From: Bacillota bacterium
GTDB lineage: Bacteria; Bacillota_I; Bacilli_A; RF39; UBA660
Reading direction: 5' to 3'
Assembly (NCBI GenBank): GCA_015059445.1
Contig: SVAK01000005.1
Span: 4,757-68,756 of the forward strand
DNA length: 64,000 nucleotides
Position numbers and translations under genes: made by a program. This document shows, piece after piece, positions 57,408-64,000 of the stretch (position 1 is its first letter; the number at the start of each line of letters is the position of its first letter). The notes under the pieces are model-generated. The model was not told the origin of the DNA, searched no databases, and was given only the letters and a program-made list of their open reading frames with translations.

Positions 57408-59351
57408 CTATTCTCCTTCTTCCACAGAAGGCTCAGATTCTGTGGAAGGTAATTCTACTACTTCTTTGCCATTTTTATCATATCGATAATTATTACCATT
57501 TGTAATAATTTCAAATCCGTTAGTAAAGTCGATTTCAAACTCGTTACTAGCAACTTCAACATCATTTTCTAAAATCCCTAAAACACTATCATACTTGTAA
57601 ACATTCAATTTATTTCCAGTAATCCCAACATAATATTCATCGAATATTTCAATGTAACTAAACTCATTACTTATTTTAGTAAAAGCATTGTTATATATAC
57701 TATAAGAATTATCTATATTTATTAATAAATAATAATCTCCTTTAGATTGAATACTTTTATATTTAAATCCAACTTTACCAACTACTTTTTCGCTATTAAT
57801 TTCTAAAATGCCATAGTTCCCTATATTATTCCCTGTGGCTGCTTTAGCAATTATAAAAGATGCACTTGTATATAAATGTTTAACTGATGAATTCACTTCG
57901 CTTTGATTTATTATTTCTATACTAGAATATGTTCCTTTGCTTTTCTTTTCTTTTATATCATATAAGTAGTATTTAGCATTTTCGGTTTTGGGATTATCAT
58001 AAATAAACACATATTCATTATTATAAATTCCACTTATACCTTTATCATTGCTATATAAATTACAACTTGCTAAAACACTCTCTGCACTTATAAGATTATT
58101 TTCATTTATACAATCGTAAGTACCTAATACATCATCTTTCTCGTCGTCGCTATAGAAATATAATTTACCATCAAAATAACTTATATAACTTAGTTTGCTA
58201 CTTACTTCTCCTTCTAATAAATTAACTTCTTTACTATTTTCTCCAATAGTTATTATTGCAATATTATCTTCTACTTCTATTTCATAAGATTTTTTTGTTT
58301 CAATTAATTTATTATTTTCATCATAAACATATTTTTTTACATAATTAGAATTCTCTAATCTTATACCATCTTCATATAATTTATCTAAATTCTTATTTTT
58401 TAAATATAATCTGTTCCCTTTAACAAAAGCAATAACATTGTTATGTAACGATATATAGTCATAGTCACTTAACAATTCTTCAAAATCATAACTATATAAA
58501 TTATATGTATTGCCCTTAATTGCTACTATAAATTCTTCATTTGCGCTCATTACATTCGCTTTAATATCTTCACTTAATTTTTTACCTTCGCTATTAATAA
58601 TATAATAATCATCTTTATCTTGAGCTAATAATAATACTAAATCACTATTTAAAATTCCTAAATTATCGTATGATGGTCTAATTAAATATTCAAATCCTTC
58701 TGATGTTATTTCTATCAAACCATACTTACTATCTGTATCTTCAATAACCACTAAGTTTTTTTCTGTATCATATGATTTTACTGTTTTTAAATCCAAATCG
58801 CTTTCTTGTTTGTCCATATTATATAAACTAATTTTAGCTTCATCATAAATAAACACAAAATTATCTATATAAATTTGGCTATTTTTTTCAATTTCTTCGC
58901 CAGTTTTTTTGATACTTGTTACACGATCAAACTCATCACTCGAAAAATCTAACTTAGCTACATAACATTTTTCTGCGTCTTTATCAATGCATTCGTATGT
59001 TCCGATTTCTCTTTCGTTTTTGTCTAAGAAAATTAATTTTCCATTTTCATAACGATAATTATCTTTTTCAAGAATAACAGGCTCTTCAGTCGGAACTTCT
59101 GGGCCTTTTTCATTTTTAAATATTATAAAATAAATACATACAGCAATAATCAAAAGAACCACTACGATTATACCAATAATTATTCCCGTTTTTGCTACTT
59201 TAGATAAATCATCCCATTTTTCTTTAAGACTATTTTTGTTTTTTTGAGGGGCTGTTGGTTTATTTGCAATTACTTCCTCAACTTTAGGACTATTTTCTGT
59301 ATCATCACTACTTATTTCAATAATTTCATTATCATAATTAAAATCATTCAT
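57408..59351 (-). CDS. membrane-anchored hypothetical protein, 647 aa
   Basis: TM at approx residues 55-78; adjacent to and co-oriented with previous gene. Confidence 0.45.
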   Translation of the reverse strand: MNDFNYDNEIIEISSDDTENSPKVEEVIANKPTAPQKNKNSLKEKWDDLSKVAKTGIIIGIIVVVLLIIAVCIYFIIFKNEKGPEVPTEEPVILEKDNYRYENGKLIFLDKNEREIGTYECIDKDAEKCYVAKLDFSSDEFDRVTSIKKTGEEIEKNSQIYIDNFVFIYDEAKISLYNMDKQESDLDLKTVKSYDTEKNLVVIEDTDSKYGLIEITSEGFEYLIRPSYDNLGILNSDLVLLLAQDKDDYYIINSEGKKLSEDIKANVMSANEEFIVAIKGNTYNLYSYDFEELLSDYDYISLHNNVIAFVKGNRLYLKNKNLDKLYEDGIRLENSNYVKKYVYDENNKLIETKKSYEIEVEDNIAIITIGENSKEVNLLEGEVSSKLSYISYFDGKLYFYSDDEKDDVLGTYDCINENNLISAESVLASCNLYSNDKGISGIYNNEYVFIYDNPKTENAKYYLYDIKEKKSKGTYSSIEIINQSEVNSSVKHLYTSASFIIAKAATGNNIGNYGILEINSEKVVGKVGFKYKSIQSKGDYYLLINIDNSYSIYNNAFTKISNEFSYIEIFDEYYVGITGNKLNVYKYDSVLGILENDVEVASNEFEIDFTNGFEIITNGNNYRYDKNGKEVVELPSTESEPSVEEGE

Positions 59352-59524
59352 ATGTTTACTCTCCTATATTCTGAAATTATTATAACATAATTTTTAACGA
59401 ATAAAAAGAAAAATGCCGAAGTATTTTCTTGCATAACCTCATATTTTAATTTTTATTTATCTAACATTAAATTTAACGCTTAATCAAAAAAGAATGATTG
59501 GTCCATCTTCAAAGTTATAATTAT

Positions 59525-61711
59525 TCAAATATGCAATGGTTCCACATCGATTTCTAAATTTGCCTTTAGATTATTAACAAAAATGCTATCTAGGTATTTT
59601 AAAGCAATAGATAATTTATTATCAAAACGATATTTGACAACAATCTGAAAGCGATAATTATTATTAAATTTGAACAAACTTGCTGTAGTTGGTCCCAATA
59701 CAACTGACGAATCGTTAACATTTTTCTTTAAATAATCAGATACTTTAGTAGCGTTTTCTAATGCCTCATTATAATCTTTTGAGATAACTTTTAAACTAAC
59801 TAAATAATAATATGGTGGATATTTTAAAATTTTTCTAATATTCATTTCATAATTATAAAAGCTATTAAAATCATTATTTTGTACACATTTTAAAACAAAA
59901 TTATCCGGATTATAAGTTTGAATTACGACATTACCTTTTAAATTGCTTCTTCCTGCTCTGCCACTTGCTTGATATAAAAGCGCAAAAGTTTTTTCATTAC
60001 TTCGAAAATCTGGAATATTTAAAGAGCTATCTGCGTTTAGTATTCCTACTAATGTAACATTGGGAAAATCTAAACCTTTGCTAATCATCTGGGTTCCTAA
60101 TAATATATTATATTTTTTGTTACGAAAATCCTCAATGATTCTTTCGTGAGCACCTTTTTTACTAGTAGTATCTTGGTCCATTCTAATAATCTTAGCATCT
60201 TTAAATAAATTATTTAATTCTGATTCTACTTTTTCTGTACCAAGCCCTAAATAATTTAATCCATCTTCATGGCAATTTGGACATTTTTCTTCTTTTCTTG
60301 TCACATAACCACAATAATGACATCTTAAATTATTAGTAGATTTATGATAAGTCAAAGTAATATCACAATTTGGACACTTATAAGTAAAACCACAATTAGA
60401 GCAATTAATCGTAGTAGAATATCCCCTCCTATTAAGTAGTATTATAACTTGCTCATCTTTACTTAACACATCATTTATTCTATTGATTAAATTTTCACTA
60501 AAAATAAAATTTCTTTTTTTTATTTCCTCTACCATGTCTACTATCTCAACATTTGGTAAAGTTCCTGTCCCGGCTCTTTTTGTTAAAAGAATATGCTGAT
60601 AGACGCCTTTTATTGCTCTTGCTCTTGATTCTAAAGTTGGAGTAGCACTTCCTAAAACTAAAGGAGCATTATGAGATTTACATCTTTCTTTAGCTACATC
60701 AATGGCATTGTATCTTGGTGTATTATCTTGTTTATATGTATCACTATGTTCTTCATCTATAATAATTATTCCAATATTTTTTAAGGGTGTAAATATTGCT
60801 GAACGAGTTCCAATGACAACTTTAACTTCACCCCTAATAATTTTTAAGTATTCATCGTACTTTTCACCATTAGACAAAGCACTATGAAAAATAGCCACCG
60901 AAGAACCAAACCAATCATAAAATCTATCAACAATTTGCATTGTTAAACTAATTTCTGGAACTAATAAAATTGCTGTTTTGCCTTGCATAATACAATTATC
61001 TATTAAATTTAAATAGACTTCAGTTTTACCAGACCCAGTTACACCTTCTAATAAAAAAATATTATTGTCATTACAATTACTAATAATATCAAAAGCATTT
61101 TGTTGCTCTGCATTTAATTTATGTTTCTTTGTTTCTTTATTTATATTTTTATTAATACGATATTCTTGTTCTTTGACTTCTTTAATTAACTCTTTTTCTT
61201 TTAAAGATTTTATAACACTTGCTGAATATTCTTTTTTTAAAACCCTCTCTTTTTCTAAAAGAATACTTAATAAAGCACTTTGTTTATTAACTTTGTTATA
61301 ATTATTCAAATAAGCTTTAATTTCATCTTTACTTTTATTTAATTCTAAATAAGTTTTGTAAAAGTTAAAATCTATATTATTATCTTTGATTTTTAACGAA
61401 CTAGGAAGCATTGTTTGATAAGCGCTAATTAAGGGGCAAAGAGTTTTTTCATGAATATATTTTCCTAAGTCCATTAACTCTTTATTTAATATTAATTCTT
61501 TATCTACTATTTCAATAAGTTCTTTTAATTCATAAGAAGCATTGTATATATCTATAATATTCATGACAAATCCATTTATTATTTTATTTCCAAAAGGCAC
61601 TTTTACCTTCATTCCAACATTGATTATACCTTTTAAATTTTGAGGAATTACATAAGTAAAATATTTATCTATCTTTTTCGTTGGATATTCAATTAATATT
61701 TCTGCATACAT
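59525..61711 (-). CDS. priA: primosomal protein N' (PriA helicase)
   Basis: LLEGVTGSGKTEVYL, DEEH, Cys4 zinc finger CSNCGFTYKCPNCD...CHYCGY. Confidence 0.9.
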   Translation of the reverse strand: MYAEILIEYPTKKIDKYFTYVIPQNLKGIINVGMKVKVPFGNKIINGFVMNIIDIYNASYELKELIEIVDKELILNKELMDLGKYIHEKTLCPLISAYQTMLPSSLKIKDNNIDFNFYKTYLELNKSKDEIKAYLNNYNKVNKQSALLSILLEKERVLKKEYSASVIKSLKEKELIKEVKEQEYRINKNINKETKKHKLNAEQQNAFDIISNCNDNNIFLLEGVTGSGKTEVYLNLIDNCIMQGKTAILLVPEISLTMQIVDRFYDWFGSSVAIFHSALSNGEKYDEYLKIIRGEVKVVIGTRSAIFTPLKNIGIIIIDEEHSDTYKQDNTPRYNAIDVAKERCKSHNAPLVLGSATPTLESRARAIKGVYQHILLTKRAGTGTLPNVEIVDMVEEIKKRNFIFSENLINRINDVLSKDEQVIILLNRRGYSTTINCSNCGFTYKCPNCDITLTYHKSTNNLRCHYCGYVTRKEEKCPNCHEDGLNYLGLGTEKVESELNNLFKDAKIIRMDQDTTSKKGAHERIIEDFRNKKYNILLGTQMISKGLDFPNVTLVGILNADSSLNIPDFRSNEKTFALLYQASGRAGRSNLKGNVVIQTYNPDNFVLKCVQNNDFNSFYNYEMNIRKILKYPPYYYLVSLKVISKDYNEALENATKVSDYLKKNVNDSSVVLGPTTASLFKFNNNYRFQIVVKYRFDNKLSIALKYLDSIFVNNLKANLEIDVEPLHI

Positions 61712-61827
61712 AAAAATTCTCCCAAATAAATTATAAAATATAAATTAAAAAAAAGAAATAGCCGAAACTATTTCTTCTAACTTTAATCTTAAGAAAAACT
61801 CGTCCAAATTTTAAATAAGATATAATA

Positions 61828-63768
61828 TTATCCTTGAGGCTTTACAACATATGGATTGTCTTTGGTTCCTGTTCCCTGAGAGATTTCTATATTGCTTTTT
61901 AAATTAATGACAGGGCGAATGCCTCCGGTAGAACCTACACTATTATCAGACAAGCCGCCATTTGCACTAATTTTACCAACATAGCTTTGTATATAGTTTG
62001 GAGTAAACCACATCGGAGTCATCGTCCAATAACTCTGACCAGTATATAAATAGTATAATTTATTTACAGTATAATCATCGCCTCCTGCAAAAGAAGCTTC
62101 ATCAGCAGTGATTAATGCAATTGGATACTTTAAATTACCATTACTAACTTTAAATTCATCAGTACTTTGAGGACAAATTAGAGATGGGGCATTGTTATTC
62201 AATACTTGTGTATAAGGATTATAATAAGTTTTTGACGATAATAAATATCCATCTCCTCTGTTCAAACTTCGATCATTGCAAAAAGTTTCATCACTTAAAT
62301 AATCACTCAGCAAATATCCTGTATCATCAGTTTTATTAAGAATGTTATTTTCATACCAAGTATCTACTTTGGACTTTACAGTCGAATCATATTGGTTTGT
62401 TAAAGTGCTTTCGTATGTTTTGGAACTATTTGAAATATAATAAGCTTTTGCTTGAGAAGAATTAACATATTCTTTTAAATGTAATACAACATTACATTTA
62501 GATCCAGGACTAGTTTTAACACATGTATAAGGATATTTTTCAATTACTTCTTCATACACATCGCTCCATCTTCCACTCATTATCATTTTATCTTGGTCCA
62601 GTTGAAATCTTCCATCCTCCGTCTTAACATAACCTTCACCATAATAATAAATATATCCATGATTAATGTCCTTATAAGTTATTAGTTCGCTAGTTTCTCT
62701 TTCTTCAAAATTAGCGCCATACTTATACCCAACATATGTTGGATCCCAACCTTTGGAATTAAATAAACTAGTTTCAATAGAGGTATCTTTTCCGGTGGCG
62801 TCAGTTGATGTACCAGAATAAATCATTCTAATACTTCCATTGCCATTAATTCTTATTATTCTCCAGATAAAGCCAGCATAAGAAACATAATTATTTTTAA
62901 CAGCGCCGCGATAAAAATAACTTGTGCCCTCTTCGTCTAAAGTAGCATACAATCCAATTTCTGAATCATAAGAATCTATTTGCTTATACGTTGAAACGTT
63001 TTTTGAAGTTATCGATTGGATTATTTTAGTCCCTGTGTCTTCGATACTATAACCTGATATTTGATATATACTAGCACAAAGTCCCCATTCATTACCACAA
63101 GTATAATAATCTAAATAATCATCTGTTATAAGATCTGGAAGAAGTGTATTTTTGAGGCGATAATAACCAGTACTTTCATCAAAATAATAGCTTTTAGCTA
63201 CCATTATCTTACCTGATGTAGTTATGGGCGTGGTGAGTGAACTTGTTTGCTCTTGATAATATATCGTAGGTGCTAATTTTGAAGTTGTAGCATCGCCTTT
63301 ACTTTCTATATGTTCAATTGCTTCTTCTACATCAAATGAATAGTCTTCCATTACCAAAAGGCAATCTTTTAAATTAGTTATTCCCCTATCCATGCAAAAA
63401 TCACTTTCAGATATAATATCAAAATATAAATAACAATATGAGGCTTGAGTAACATTCATTTTTACTATATTATTTCTATATTTTATTTCTTGTGCTATTT
63501 CTTCACCATCATGATTATAACAAACAGATTTATCTGGATTGAAAATATAGCCATTTTCTTTTTTAGGCAATTCTTTACCTTCGTATTCTGTATAATTTCC
63601 TTCCAAATCACCAATCATTACTGCAAACATATTTGAAATGTTTTCGCTATTATTATTTAGTTGTTCAGTATAAATAGCTTTATCTTGAAAAATTGATATA
63701 TTCCAAAACAAACATATTGTTACTACAATTATTAACATTCCTAATATTATTTTTTTATTAATATCCAT
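61828..63768 (-). CDS. N-terminally anchored surface protein sharing an N-terminal module with the DUF285 protein
   Basis: 646 aa; TM; residues approx 45-118 align with 11445 ORF product and end in the same CYLYFD motif. Confidence 0.5.
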   Translation of the reverse strand: MDINKKIILGMLIIVVTICLFWNISIFQDKAIYTEQLNNNSENISNMFAVMIGDLEGNYTEYEGKELPKKENGYIFNPDKSVCYNHDGEEIAQEIKYRNNIVKMNVTQASYCYLYFDIISESDFCMDRGITNLKDCLLVMEDYSFDVEEAIEHIESKGDATTSKLAPTIYYQEQTSSLTTPITTSGKIMVAKSYYFDESTGYYRLKNTLLPDLITDDYLDYYTCGNEWGLCASIYQISGYSIEDTGTKIIQSITSKNVSTYKQIDSYDSEIGLYATLDEEGTSYFYRGAVKNNYVSYAGFIWRIIRINGNGSIRMIYSGTSTDATGKDTSIETSLFNSKGWDPTYVGYKYGANFEERETSELITYKDINHGYIYYYGEGYVKTEDGRFQLDQDKMIMSGRWSDVYEEVIEKYPYTCVKTSPGSKCNVVLHLKEYVNSSQAKAYYISNSSKTYESTLTNQYDSTVKSKVDTWYENNILNKTDDTGYLLSDYLSDETFCNDRSLNRGDGYLLSSKTYYNPYTQVLNNNAPSLICPQSTDEFKVSNGNLKYPIALITADEASFAGGDDYTVNKLYYLYTGQSYWTMTPMWFTPNYIQSYVGKISANGGLSDNSVGSTGGIRPVINLKSNIEISQGTGTKDNPYVVKPQG

Positions 63769-64000
63769 ATTGTACCTTCTCTATTTTTCTACATTGATTA
63801 TATAATAGTTTTATTTTCCAAGTCAATATTACATTATCTGTGAAATTCTGTTTCTTTTGTTAAAACCATTTGTTGGAAATATCACAGTTACTGCTAGAAG
63901 GCGCTGGCGTCGCTAAATCAACCTTTACAATCGTTGGTAATTGAAATGCAGACCCAAAAGTTAAACAACAACCAATTTGCAGATTCTTAATTCTTTCTAT

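Overview
This 64 kb window is a very AT-rich chromosomal segment from a low-GC Firmicutes/Mollicutes-like bacterium. It is read with the standard genetic code, because the long conserved ORFs are intact and no UGA-as-Trp is needed. ClpB lacks its N-domain, DUF285 repeats are present, and a plectrovirus-like prophage is integrated, which together suggest an Acholeplasma-/Erysipelotrichia-like lineage.

The core content is translation and housekeeping genes: relA, dtd, T-box-hisS, asnS, a type-2 aspS with gatCAB, rplU-prp-rpmA, trmB, tcdA, gpsA, rarA, a single Xer recombinase, CIRCE-controlled clpB, zupT, tgt, queA, tmk, pyrH, ruvAB, obg, tRNA-Lys/Ile/Glu, padR-hlyIII, a T-box-controlled archaeal-type valS, and priA.

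The accessory content worth a second look:
- A roughly 5.6 kb filamentous (inovirus/plectrovirus-like) prophage without an integrase, integrated by Xer recombination at the chromosomal dif site. It is flanked by a canonical dif and a degenerate dif-like site sharing a 15-bp direct repeat. Gene orientation flips from mostly + to mostly - exactly here, which is a replication-terminus signature.
- A tandem array of four paralogs, plus one decayed remnant, of an uncharacterised ~320-aa Rossmann-like protein family. It sits where minCD lies in the conserved mreCD-(minCD)-spoIVFA-spoIVFB-rplU-prp-rpmA locus.
- A SpoIVFA-like (degenerate LytM) and SpoIVFB-like (M50 site-2 protease) gene pair.
- A DUF285 surface-protein gene split by a single in-frame TAA.
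- An N-terminal module shared by two unrelated surface proteins.
- A HerA-like ATPase next to a surface protein with cadherin-like domains.
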